The notes under the pieces were generated by a model. It ran no database searches. It had not been told where the DNA came from and saw nothing but the letters and a program-made list of their open reading frames with translations. Both the position numbers and the translations under genes were made by a program. DNA of 64,000 nt from NCBI GenBank assembly GCA_934154445.1, contig CAKPGC010000006.1, positions 3,942 to 67,941 on the forward strand, given 5' to 3'. Of this stretch, positions 10,070-19,294 are shown in pieces (position 1 is the stretch's first letter; each line of letters begins with the position of its first letter). The stretch comes from an uncultured Clostridia bacterium (lineage in GTDB: Bacteria > Bacillota > Clostridia > TANB77 > CAG-508).

Positions 10070-10534
10070 ATGAGTGAAAATTTTGAAAAAATAATGTTGC
10101 AAGAATTTAAAAAAGTTAACGACAAATTAGATAATATAGAACAAGATGTTACAATATTAAAAGAAGATGTATCAGAGCTAAAACAAGAAGTTGCCGAATT
10201 AAAAGAAGACGTATCAGGTCTAAAACAAGATGTTGCAGTATTAAAAGAAGACGTATCAGGTCTAAAACAAGATGTTGCGGTATTAAAACAAGATGTATCA
10301 GGTCTAAAGCAAGATGTATCAGAATTAAAAGATAGAATGGATAGATTAGAATATAAGATGGATATTTCGAATACAAACATATCAAGTATATTAGAAAGAC
10401 AAAACAACCTATCAAATGAAATAAAAATAGGGCATAAAGAATTATTAAATAAATTTGAAAAATATGAAGAAACAAATGAATTAGAACACAGTCGATTAAA
10501 TTATGAAATATGCAAATTAAAAGCACGAGCATAA
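10070..10534 (+). CDS. coiled-coil protein with tandem 14-aa repeats
   Basis: AAAGGAG RBS before ATG 10070; repeats LKEDVSGLKQDVAV; no TM or signal peptide. Confidence 0.65.
   Translation: MSENFEKIMLQEFKKVNDKLDNIEQDVTILKEDVSELKQEVAELKEDVSGLKQDVAVLKEDVSGLKQDVAVLKQDVSGLKQDVSELKDRMDRLEYKMDISNTNISSILERQNNLSNEIKIGHKELLNKFEKYEETNELEHSRLNYEICKLKARA
10157..10324 (+). repeat. four tandem 42-nt units inside the coiled-coil CDS
   Basis: Units at 10157, 10199, 10241 and 10283; the middle two differ at one position (a/g). Confidence 0.85.
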
Positions 10535-10539
10535 ATATA

Positions 10540-10579
10540 AAATACACCTAAAATGAAAAAATTATAGGTGTATTTTTTA
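10540..10579 (+). terminator. intrinsic terminator
   Basis: ATACACCTA / TAGGTGTAT stem followed by T6. Confidence 0.65.
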
Positions 10580-10668
10580 TAGAAAACCAAATTTATGCAA
10601 TATACAAAAATTCCTTGAAAATGAAAAATATATATGCTATAATTTTACAAGAAAAAACAAAATAGGAG

Positions 10669-11712
10669 ATGAATAAAATGACAGAAGAAAAGAAAAAAGG
10701 ATTAAGTATATTTTTAAGAATAGTTATAGCACTAATATTAATATTGGTAATAATATTTGGTTTTATATTTTTTTATGTAAAAGGAAAATTAGATAAAATA
10801 CAAACAATAGATTTACCAAAAGATGAAGATCTAGGAATTACAGAAACAGTATCTCAAAATTTAACAGGATATAGAAATATTGCAATATTTGGAGTGGATA
10901 GTAGATCAGATGACTATGGAGTTGGAAATAGAAGTGATTGTATAATAATAGCAAGTATAAACAATGATACAGGAGCAATCAAACTAATATCAGTATACAG
11001 AGATACTTATGTAAAAATTGATGGACATGGACTTGACAAAATAACACATGCATACTCTTATGGTGAAGCACCACTTGCAATAAAAACACTTAATACAAAT
11101 TTGGATTTAAACATAAACGAATTCGTAACAGTCAACTTCGATTCTGTAGCAGAAGCAGTTGACCAATTAGGAGGAGTACAATTAACAATTACATCTGATG
11201 AAATAAAATATATAAATGGATACATAGACGAAACATCAAAAGTAACAGGAAAAACTTCAAAACATATAACAGAACCTGGAACATATAATGTAGACGGAGT
11301 ACAAGCTGTTTCATATTCTAGAATTAGATACACAGATGGTGGGGATTATAAAAGAACTGAAAGAATGAGAACTGTAATAGAAGCAATGTTTACTAAATTA
11401 AAAACAAAAAATATAGCTGAAATAAATTCATTTGCAGATAAAGTGCTACCTCATGTATACACAAATATATCAGCAACAGATATTCTTTCAATGGTACCAA
11501 GTATGACAAAATATAAAGTTACAGAGAGCATTGGATGGCCATATAACACAAAAGGAAAAACAATGGACAGATGGTACGGAATTCCAATTACACTTGAATC
11601 AAATGTAAAACAATTACATCAAGAGGCATTCGGCAAAGAGGATTATGAACCATCAGATACTGTAAAAAACATAAGCCAGAGTATTATAAATAAAACAGGA
11701 TATACAAAATAA
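10669..11712 (+). CDS. LytR-CpsA-Psr (LCP) family protein
   Basis: N-terminal TM then NIAIFGVDSRSD...RSDCIIIASIN...ISVYRDTYV core. Confidence 0.85.
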   Translation: MNKMTEEKKKGLSIFLRIVIALILILVIIFGFIFFYVKGKLDKIQTIDLPKDEDLGITETVSQNLTGYRNIAIFGVDSRSDDYGVGNRSDCIIIASINNDTGAIKLISVYRDTYVKIDGHGLDKITHAYSYGEAPLAIKTLNTNLDLNINEFVTVNFDSVAEAVDQLGGVQLTITSDEIKYINGYIDETSKVTGKTSKHITEPGTYNVDGVQAVSYSRIRYTDGGDYKRTERMRTVIEAMFTKLKTKNIAEINSFADKVLPHVYTNISATDILSMVPSMTKYKVTESIGWPYNTKGKTMDRWYGIPITLESNVKQLHQEAFGKEDYEPSDTVKNISQSIINKTGYTK

Positions 11713-11784
11713 AAATGATTTGTAAAAGTTACTATAATGTGATGGTTATAGTAACTTTTAATATTTATTTAGGAGAAAATAAAA

Positions 11785-12267
11785 ATGAATTTAAAAATAC
11801 AGAGAATAATATTTGGAATTCTTACAGTAATAACATTTATAACAATATTTATATTTTCAAACCAGAATGGAGAAAAATCGGGATCTGTAAGCAGAGATTT
11901 TACAAAGAAAGTAATAGATATATTACATATAGACAAGAATTTGAACGAAATTGAAAAAGAAAATTTAATAGAAAATTCACAATTTATTGTAAGAAAATTA
12001 GCACATTTTACAATATATACCATTGCAGGAATAAATTTATACGAATTCATAAATACATATAACATAAAAAACAAATACAAAATGATAGGTGCATTATTGG
12101 TAGGAATTATTTATGCAACATCTGATGAAATTCATCAGATGTTTTCGGGAGGACGAACACCAGCTGTAATGGATGTATTTATAGATTCTTGTGGTGTTCT
12201 ATTTGGGATAAATATGTTTCTAATAACAAATAAAATTATTAAAAATAAAAAGCAAAAGTTGTATTAA
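11785..12267 (+). CDS. VanZ family membrane protein
   Basis: KLAHFTIY...SDEIHQMFSGGRTPAVMDVFIDSCG motif. Confidence 0.75.
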   Translation: MNLKIQRIIFGILTVITFITIFIFSNQNGEKSGSVSRDFTKKVIDILHIDKNLNEIEKENLIENSQFIVRKLAHFTIYTIAGINLYEFINTYNIKNKYKMIGALLVGIIYATSDEIHQMFSGGRTPAVMDVFIDSCGVLFGINMFLITNKIIKNKKQKLY

Positions 12268-12294
12268 TAATTGGTGAAATTTACTTGAAATATA

Positions 12295-12323
12295 TTGACA
12301 AAAAAAGACAAGATTTTTATAAT
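12295..12323 (+). promoter_or_regulatory. candidate distal promoter of the EPS operon
   Basis: TTGACA, 17-nt spacer, TATAAT (perfect consensus hexamers). Confidence 0.5.
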
Positions 12324-12361
12324 ATAAATGAAATTAATTTTATGAAAATGGGGATATAAAC

Positions 12362-12412
12362 ATGATAAGACAGCAAAACGTTGCAGGGGTACACACACAC
12401 ACACACAGGTAA
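12362..12412 (+). other. candidate 16-codon leader ORF (MIRQQNVAGVHTHTHR) containing the (AC)8 tract
   Basis: GGGGA 7 nt upstream of ATG; stop TAA at 12410-12412; coding status unproven. Confidence 0.25.
12391..12407. repeat. (AC)8 dinucleotide microsatellite
   Basis: acacacacacacacaca read directly; unusual in this AT-rich context. Confidence 0.95.
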
Positions 12413-12544
12413 TTCTAAAAAATAATATAAATTCTATAATATATAATAGGATAGGGGTATTATGCGTTTTTAAAATGCAAAATAATATTGCTATCTTTTT
12501 GGAGTTTATAAATTTGTAAATTTGTCAATTTTTGATGAAAAAAC

Positions 12545-12573
12545 TTGAAAACATATATCAGTTATTGTATAAT
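12545..12573 (+). promoter_or_regulatory. candidate proximal promoter of the EPS operon
   Basis: TTGAAA, 17-nt spacer, TATAAT preceded by TG. Confidence 0.45.
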
Positions 12574-12630
12574 TAAATATGGGAATGAACTTATAATTTA
12601 AAATAGGTTTTATAGGGGGATTGAAAAGTT

Positions 12631-13350
12631 ATGAGAGTTATAAAAGATTATAACTTTGCTAATGAACAGGCTATTAATGAAAGAGTAGTAGAAGATAATG
12701 TTACTATTGATAATAAAAAGGTAAGAATAAATATAGAAAAAGGAATAAAAAGATTAGTAGACATTATTGCAGGATTAGTTGGAACGATATTACTAATTCC
12801 AATTACAATATGCATATACATAGCAAAAAAAATATTAAAAGAAGATGATGGACCAATATTTTATGAACAACTAAGGATAGGAAAAGATGGAAAGCATTTT
12901 AAATTGTATAAATACAGATCTATGATAATAGGTGCAGATGAAATATTAAAAGAATATTTATCAGAAAATGAAGAAGCAAGAATTGAATTTGAAAAAAATC
13001 AAAAGTTAAAAAATGATCCTAGAATAACTAGATTAGGAAATTTTTTAAGAAAAACAAGCTTAGATGAATTTCCACAATTTATAAATATTCTAAAAGGTGA
13101 TATGAGTTTAGTTGGGCCTAGACCAATTGTTGATAGGGAAATAGAATTATTTGGAGATAAAATGAAAATAGTACATAGTGTTAGACCGGGTCTTACTGGA
13201 TATTGGGCAGCTAATGGAAGAAGTGATACAACTTATGAACAAAGAGTAGAAATGGAAGCATATTACGCTGAAAACTTCTCATTACTTTTAGATATAAAAA
13301 TTATATTAAAAACAATAAAATCAGTAATAAAAAAAGAAGGAGCAATATAA
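12631..13350 (+). CDS. undecaprenyl-phosphate sugar phosphotransferase (initiating bacterial sugar transferase)
   Basis: One TM then DGPIFYEQLRIGKDGKHFKLYKYRSM...DEFPQFINILKGDMSLVGPRP. Confidence 0.85.
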   Translation: MRVIKDYNFANEQAINERVVEDNVTIDNKKVRINIEKGIKRLVDIIAGLVGTILLIPITICIYIAKKILKEDDGPIFYEQLRIGKDGKHFKLYKYRSMIIGADEILKEYLSENEEARIEFEKNQKLKNDPRITRLGNFLRKTSLDEFPQFINILKGDMSLVGPRPIVDREIELFGDKMKIVHSVRPGLTGYWAANGRSDTTYEQRVEMEAYYAENFSLLLDIKIILKTIKSVIKKEGAI

Positions 13351-13354
13351 GAGA

Positions 13355-14203
13355 ATGAATATTGATATTATATGCCCGTTATACAATGCAGAGAAAGATA
13401 TAGAGGGACTTCATAAATCGTTATTAAAACAAAAAAATGTAAAAATAAATGAAATAAAGTATGTTTTAACAGAAAGCAAAGATAATACTGAAGAAAAACT
13501 AAAAGAATTAAATATGAATTTTAAAAAAATAAAGAAAGAAGAATTTTCACATGGTCTTACTAGAGAAAATGAAGCTTTTGATAGTAAGGCTGATATTCTT
13601 GTGTTTATTACTCAAGATGTAAAAATAGTAAGAGATGATTGGCTATACAATTTAACAAAAGACATAGCTAATGGAGAAGTGGATGCTTGTTATAGTAGAC
13701 AAATATGCACTAATAACACAATTGAAAAATATACAAGAGAATGCAATTATCCAAAAAATTCAAAAATAGTGACTAAAGACGATGTTGAAAAATTAGGCTT
13801 AAAAGCATTTTTCTTTTCAGATGCTTCATCTGCAATAAAAAGAGAAACGTTTGTTAAACTAAATGGATATGATCATAAAAAATTAATTATTAATGAAGAT
13901 ATGTATATTGCGTATAAATTGATAACTAATGGATATAAAATAAAATATTGTGCAGATTCAGAAGTCATTCATTCACATGTCTTTACATTAAAACAATATT
14001 ATGATAGATATAAAGATACAGGAAAGTTTTTTAAAGAAAACAGTTATTTAAATAATTATAAAGTAAATCAAGCAGGCGGAAATATGGCTAAATATGTTTT
14101 AAAAAGAGCATGGCAAGATAAAAATTGGAGCGTTTTGATAAGATTTGTTCCTAATATGGCTGCTAGATTTATTGGAATGAAAGTTGGAAGAGTTACTAAA
14201 TAA
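13355..14203 (+). CDS. glycosyltransferase family 2
   Basis: N-terminal IICPLYNAEKDI GT-A start, FITQD and NEDM acidic motifs. Confidence 0.7.
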   Translation: MNIDIICPLYNAEKDIEGLHKSLLKQKNVKINEIKYVLTESKDNTEEKLKELNMNFKKIKKEEFSHGLTRENEAFDSKADILVFITQDVKIVRDDWLYNLTKDIANGEVDACYSRQICTNNTIEKYTRECNYPKNSKIVTKDDVEKLGLKAFFFSDASSAIKRETFVKLNGYDHKKLIINEDMYIAYKLITNGYKIKYCADSEVIHSHVFTLKQYYDRYKDTGKFFKENSYLNNYKVNQAGGNMAKYVLKRAWQDKNWSVLIRFVPNMAARFIGMKVGRVTK

Positions 14204-14214
14204 AGGGGTATACA

Positions 14215-15387
14215 ATGAATGTAAAAACAGTAGTTATTGTAAATGACTTTAATTATACACAAGGTGGAGCAAGCAAGGTTGCAATAGATACAGCAAGAAT
14301 TTTAAATGAAGAAAATATAAAAGTTATATTTTTTTCTGCTGTTAATAAAGAAGATGAAAAAATAGATGGAATAGAATATGTTTCTACAAATCAAAATGAA
14401 GCTTTAAAAGAAAAAAATAAAATTAAAGGTGCTTTAAACGGGATATATAATTTAAAGGCAAAAAAGGAATTTAAAAAATTGTTAAAAACATTAGATAAAG
14501 ATACAACTATAATTCATGCTCATGGATGGACAAAAGCTTTGTCTAGTAGTGTTTTTGATATTGCTTTTAAAATGAAATTTAAAGTTGTGCTAACATTACA
14601 TGATTATTTTACAGCTTGTCCAAATGGGGGATATTTTAATTATAAAAAAAATGAAATATGCCATTTAAATCCATTATCTTGGAAATGCATAAAATGTAAT
14701 TGCGATTCAAGAAATTATGGATTTAAACTATATAGAGTTGTAAGACAATTTGTGCAAAATAAAATTGTAAAACTTAATGATAGATTAGAAAATGTAATTA
14801 CAATATCAGAATTTAGTGAAAAAATATTAAAACCCACTTTAGGAAAAAATACTAAAATTACAAGAATATACAATCCAATAGAGATAGATCAAAATGCAGA
14901 GAAAGTTGATCCTAGTAAGAATGAATATTATTTATATGTGGGGAGAATTTCTAAGGAAAAAGGGGTAGACCTATTTTGTCAAGCGATAACAGAGTTAGGA
15001 TTAAAAGGAATTGCTGTTGGAGATGGGGATGAAAAGAAAAAATTAGAAAAACAATATCCTAATATAGAATTTACCGGTTGGAAAAATAAGGATGAAATTA
15101 AACAATATATGAGAGGAGCTAGAGCTTTAATTTTTCCGAGTAGATGGTATGAAACAGCTGGACTTACAGTTTTAGAAGCACAAAGTTTAGGAATCCCCGT
15201 AATTGTTAATAAAAATTCTGCAGCGAGTGAATTCATTGAATGTCAAGAAGCTAAATATGATAATTTTGAAGAAATGAAACAAAAAATAACTAATTTAAAA
15301 TTAGAATATATAGAAGTAAAAGAAAAACGAAAATATAATATAAATATGTATTATAAAAAAAGTATGGAGTTATATAATAATATATAA
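14215..15387 (+). CDS. glycosyltransferase family 4 (GT-B)
   Basis: C-terminal VGRISKEKG...FPSRWYETAGLTVLEAQSLGIPVI E-x7-E region. Confidence 0.8.
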   Translation: MNVKTVVIVNDFNYTQGGASKVAIDTARILNEENIKVIFFSAVNKEDEKIDGIEYVSTNQNEALKEKNKIKGALNGIYNLKAKKEFKKLLKTLDKDTTIIHAHGWTKALSSSVFDIAFKMKFKVVLTLHDYFTACPNGGYFNYKKNEICHLNPLSWKCIKCNCDSRNYGFKLYRVVRQFVQNKIVKLNDRLENVITISEFSEKILKPTLGKNTKITRIYNPIEIDQNAEKVDPSKNEYYLYVGRISKEKGVDLFCQAITELGLKGIAVGDGDEKKKLEKQYPNIEFTGWKNKDEIKQYMRGARALIFPSRWYETAGLTVLEAQSLGIPVIVNKNSAASEFIECQEAKYDNFEEMKQKITNLKLEYIEVKEKRKYNINMYYKKSMELYNNI

Positions 15388-15400
15388 TTGTGAGGGGAAT

Positions 15401-15941
15401 ATGGAATTATATGAGATAAAAAAACAGTTAAAAAAAGAAAAAACAAATTATTACGACAAAAATTTATTTAAGAGAATTTTTCGTATTCTAGTAGGACATC
15501 CTGATATGAAATTGTATAAAATAATGAAAGATGCAAAGATGTACAGATTTTATAAAGAAAATCATAAAAGTATTTTTAGAAAAATAAAATTAATATATTT
15601 TGCAAAAAAAGTTAATAGCAATTCAAAAAAATATTCTATTGAATTATATGGAAAATTTGGAAAAAATTTGTTATTATGTCATGCTCCTATAATTGTTAAT
15701 GGATATAGTTCAATTGGAGATAATTGTATATTACACCGGAATGAATTGTATTGGAGCAAAACATTATATAGATGATGCTCCAATTATTGGAAACAATGTT
15801 GATATAGGTTTTGGGGCAACATTGATTGGAAAAATAAAGATAGCAGATGGGATAAAAATTGGAGCAAACTCAGTAGTAACAAAATCTTTTTTAGAACCTA
15901 ATATTACAATAGCTGGAGTTCCTGCAAAGAAAATAAAATAA
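15401..15941 (+). pseudogene. hexapeptide-repeat (serine-acetyltransferase-like) O-acetyltransferase, frame broken once (+1)
   Basis: ORFs 15401..15775 and 15693..15941 are the two halves of one LbH protein (IGDNCILH | GMNCIGAKH...IIGNNVDIGFGATLIG); 541 nt is 180 codons plus 1 nt; in-frame CGG at 15737-15739. Confidence 0.7.
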
Positions 15942-15961
15942 TTTAATAGAAAGGATAAAAT

Positions 15962-16876
15962 ATGTATAAAATTTTTTTTGTTATATTACATTATCAGAAT
16001 GTAGAAGATACCATTAATTGTATTGAAAGCATCAATAAATTAAAGAAAAATAGTGAAATTGAAGTAAACTGTTTAGTTATAGATAATAAATCTCCTAATA
16101 ATAGTGGAGATGTTTTAAAAGAAAAATATAAAAATAAAAAAAATATTAATGTAATGTTATTAGATAACAACTATGGATTTTCAAAAGCCAACAATATTGG
16201 ATATAAATATTGTAAAGAAAAAATGGCTGATTTGATACTGATTATTAACAATGATATTGTATTTGAAGATAGCGAATTTTTAATAAAATTAATTAAATTT
16301 TATAAAGAAAATAATAATTACGAAATAATATGTCCAGATGTAATTAATTTGAAAGATATGCATCAAAATCCAATGAAACTTAAACCTATGACAATAAAAA
16401 AAGCATATAAAAATTTAATATATAAAAAGATTATCTCTATATTATTAAATATTCCTATTATTAATATAATTACTTATAATATTGAAAAAAATAGGGAAAA
16501 TAAATGGCTTGAATCTTACTATAAAAATAATGAAATAAAAAAAGATATTGAAGAAAGTTTTATTCCAATTGGAGCATTTTTAATATATACAAAGAAATGG
16601 ATATTAAATGAGGATATTGCTTTTCCAAGTGATACTTTCATGTATTTAGAAGAAGATTTTTTAGGTATATATATTTTAAATAAGAAGTATAAAATTTTTT
16701 ATTTAGATAATTTAAAAGTGAGACATCTGGAAGGACGAAGTGTAAGTAGCAAAACCTATAATAAATATAAAAATTTTGCATTTAAATATAGAAACCAATC
16801 AATTGCTATAAAAAGATATATTAAATTTTTACAAGAGATAAGAAAGGAATATAAATATGGAAATAAAAATGATTAA
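15962..16876 (+). CDS. glycosyltransferase family 2
   Basis: FFVILHYQNVEDTINCIESI...VIDNKSPN...GFSKANNIG GT-A motifs. Confidence 0.75.
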   Translation: MYKIFFVILHYQNVEDTINCIESINKLKKNSEIEVNCLVIDNKSPNNSGDVLKEKYKNKKNINVMLLDNNYGFSKANNIGYKYCKEKMADLILIINNDIVFEDSEFLIKLIKFYKENNNYEIICPDVINLKDMHQNPMKLKPMTIKKAYKNLIYKKIISILLNIPIINIITYNIEKNRENKWLESYYKNNEIKKDIEESFIPIGAFLIYTKKWILNEDIAFPSDTFMYLEEDFLGIYILNKKYKIFYLDNLKVRHLEGRSVSSKTYNKYKNFAFKYRNQSIAIKRYIKFLQEIRKEYKYGNKND

Positions 16877-18188
16877 TGTATTTTTACTTTTAATATTAAT
16901 AATAGGTACTTACATATTTATTAAGAAAAAAGAAAAATACAAGCAATTATTAAATGAAAAGTTTTGGATTTTTTTATCTTGGACAAGTTGCCTAATACTA
17001 TATTTTTTTAGTGGAATAAAATATACTTTTAATTTAGATATTTATAGTTTTGGATATATAATTTTATTTTGGTGTATTTTCTTTTTTGGAGAGTACATTG
17101 GAAAAATAGTAAAAAGAGAGAAAAAAAATCAAAATAAGAAAATAGATTTTAAGAAAAAAATTAATTTTTTTCCATTTTTTATTATATCTTTAATTTGTTC
17201 TTTTATTTATATTATTTATATGATGAAAAGCAATGATATTATTATAGGAACAACAAGAAATATAAATACTAATTCAATATCAACAGCATTATTGATGTTA
17301 TCAAGTGTATCTTTAGTAATTTGGTTATATGAATTAGCTTATTCATTAATAAATGAAACTAAATTACCTATATATGGATTCCTTTCTGCAATAATTTATA
17401 ACTTACCAGGAATATTAATTTCAGGTAGAGATGCTCTTATAATTTTTGTTATTTCAACAATTATTATAATTGTATATTGTGGAAACTATGCAATAAAAGA
17501 AATGAATTCTACAGGAAGAAAATATAAGAAAATAAAAAGATATACAGTGTATTCTGTTATAATAATATTAATGTATTTAGTATTATTATCAAATAATAGA
17601 TATGGTACAAATGAAAGTTCAGCTCTTAATATGTTTAAATGGAGTGCTGGATGTGAATTTCCTGAATATTTAGAAAATATATATTATAATTTTGGAGGAA
17701 TTGGAAAAGTAATAATAAACGTTGTATTCTATTATTCATCACAACTTAGTAAATTTTCGCTTATTTTTAATGAATATAGAGGACCATATATGTTTGGACT
17801 ATATGAGCTACATTATATTTCTAGGCTATTTCCTAATTCATGGGCTATGAGTTATAGTCTTGTTACACAACAATTAACAATAATTACAGCAAATTCTGGA
17901 TTACCAGGAATTAGAATATTTTGGGAAACAGCAATAGGATATTTGATATATGACTTTGGAAAGATAGGAACATTAATAATGAGCTTTTTATTTGGAATAT
18001 TAATAAAAAAGATATCAGTCTGGAGTAAATACAATAGAAATATTCTAAAGATAATAGCTCAAGCGTTTGTATGTGTAGCGATGTTTTTAACAATTGAAGT
18101 TTCACCAGTGTTTGATTATTTTTTTATTTTTCCAACTATTTGGCTTATAATTGTTATTTTAATATATAATAAAAAAATATCAAATTAG
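16857..18188 (+). CDS. Wzy-like repeat-unit polymerase (polytopic membrane protein)
   Basis: At least 10 hydrophobic segments, no soluble domain, located inside a Wzx/Wzy-type locus. Confidence 0.55.
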   Translation: MEIKMINVFLLLILIIGTYIFIKKKEKYKQLLNEKFWIFLSWTSCLILYFFSGIKYTFNLDIYSFGYIILFWCIFFFGEYIGKIVKREKKNQNKKIDFKKKINFFPFFIISLICSFIYIIYMMKSNDIIIGTTRNINTNSISTALLMLSSVSLVIWLYELAYSLINETKLPIYGFLSAIIYNLPGILISGRDALIIFVISTIIIIVYCGNYAIKEMNSTGRKYKKIKRYTVYSVIIILMYLVLLSNNRYGTNESSALNMFKWSAGCEFPEYLENIYYNFGGIGKVIINVVFYYSSQLSKFSLIFNEYRGPYMFGLYELHYISRLFPNSWAMSYSLVTQQLTIITANSGLPGIRIFWETAIGYLIYDFGKIGTLIMSFLFGILIKKISVWSKYNRNILKIIAQAFVCVAMFLTIEVSPVFDYFFIFPTIWLIIVILIYNKKISN

Positions 18189-18205
18189 AAAGGGGAAATA
18201 AGTTT

Positions 18206-19294
18206 GTGATTAAAAATAGAGATGAACAAATGGATATTTTAAGAGGATTAGGAATAGTTTTTGTAGTTTTAGGGCATACAGTATCTCCAATAAATCATTT
18301 TATATACTTATTTCATATTATTATTTTTTTTATAATATCTGGGTATTTTTTTAAAGATGATAATATAAAAGATGAAAAATCTTTAAAAAAATTTATGTTA
18401 AAAAAAGTAAAAAGATTATATATTCCCTATATTTTAGTAAATATAATATGTGTTTTACTAAATAATTTTTTTATAAGAATTAACATGTATAGTATTTCTA
18501 CTCACTATTATTTTACAATAAAAGATATAGTTAAAAATATAGTTAAAATATTATTATTTAACGGAGTTACTGAAATGGCAGGAGCTACGTGGTTTTTACA
18601 AATATTATTTGTAGTAACCATATTTTACGGAATGATAGAGTTTTTAATAAAAAAATTTGAAATCAAAAACAGTAATATCATACAAATGAGTATATCAATA
18701 ATATTTTTGCTTTTTGGATACTTTTTGGCGTTAAAAGAAATCAATCTTAAAATTATAAATATATCTGTTTTCACATGTTATATTTTCTTTGATTTTGGAA
18801 GAAATTTTAAAACTTTTAAAATAGAGTTAAGTAAATATAAAAGATTATTATTATTATTAATTTCTTTTATTTTACTCTTAATATTAAATAATTTAGGAAC
18901 AATAGAAATATCTAAAAATATCTATACAAATTTAACATTCTATATAAGTGTTTCAATTATTGGATGGATATTTGTATATGAATTATCTTACTTTTTTACA
19001 AAAACAAATATAATAAAAAATATATTTATTTATATAGGACAGAATACGATGTCAATATTAATATTGCATTTTTTTATATTTAAAATTATTAATTTTATAG
19101 GAGTAATAATAACTAAAGAGGATATTTCATTAATGTCTGCTTTTCCAGTATTATTTACAGGAAAATATTGTTGGATAATTTATACATTATTTGGAATTAT
19201 TATACCAATTATATTAGAAAAAATACTAAAAATATTAAAAATAAATTTTGAAAGGAAAAAATATGAAATTAGGAGTAGTAATAGTAACGTATAA
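18206..19294 (+). CDS. acyltransferase family 3 (membrane O-acyltransferase)
   Basis: N-terminal DILRGLGIVFVVLGH motif, ~10 TM; GTG start 8 nt after AGGGGAAA. Confidence 0.75.
   Translation: MIKNRDEQMDILRGLGIVFVVLGHTVSPINHFIYLFHIIIFFIISGYFFKDDNIKDEKSLKKFMLKKVKRLYIPYILVNIICVLLNNFFIRINMYSISTHYYFTIKDIVKNIVKILLFNGVTEMAGATWFLQILFVVTIFYGMIEFLIKKFEIKNSNIIQMSISIIFLLFGYFLALKEINLKIINISVFTCYIFFDFGRNFKTFKIELSKYKRLLLLLISFILLLILNNLGTIEISKNIYTNLTFYISVSIIGWIFVYELSYFFTKTNIIKNIFIYIGQNTMSILILHFFIFKIINFIGVIITKEDISLMSAFPVLFTGKYCWIIYTLFGIIIPIILEKILKILKINFERKKYEIRSSNSNV

Noticed and set aside
9842-10324. Possible CRISPR array, suggested by the 15-nt and 42-nt tandem repeats
   Set aside because: The repeats are directly adjacent with no spacers. 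One set lies inside a coding frame. No cas genes are present in the window.
9967-10547. Minus-strand ORFs (146 and 132 aa) across the 42-nt repeat region
   Set aside because: The repeat keeps several frames open. The plus-strand frame has the RBS, promoter, terminator and a sensible heptad pattern.
11715-11954. 79-aa ORF between the LCP and VanZ genes
   Set aside because: It overlaps the VanZ start in another frame. It is Asn/Tyr/Ile-rich low complexity with no RBS. The VanZ frame has the conserved motifs.
15401-15941. Treating 15401..15775 and 15693..15941 as two independent small genes
   Set aside because: Neither half is a complete LbH acetyltransferase. Together they are collinear with one protein and differ in length by exactly one nucleotide.
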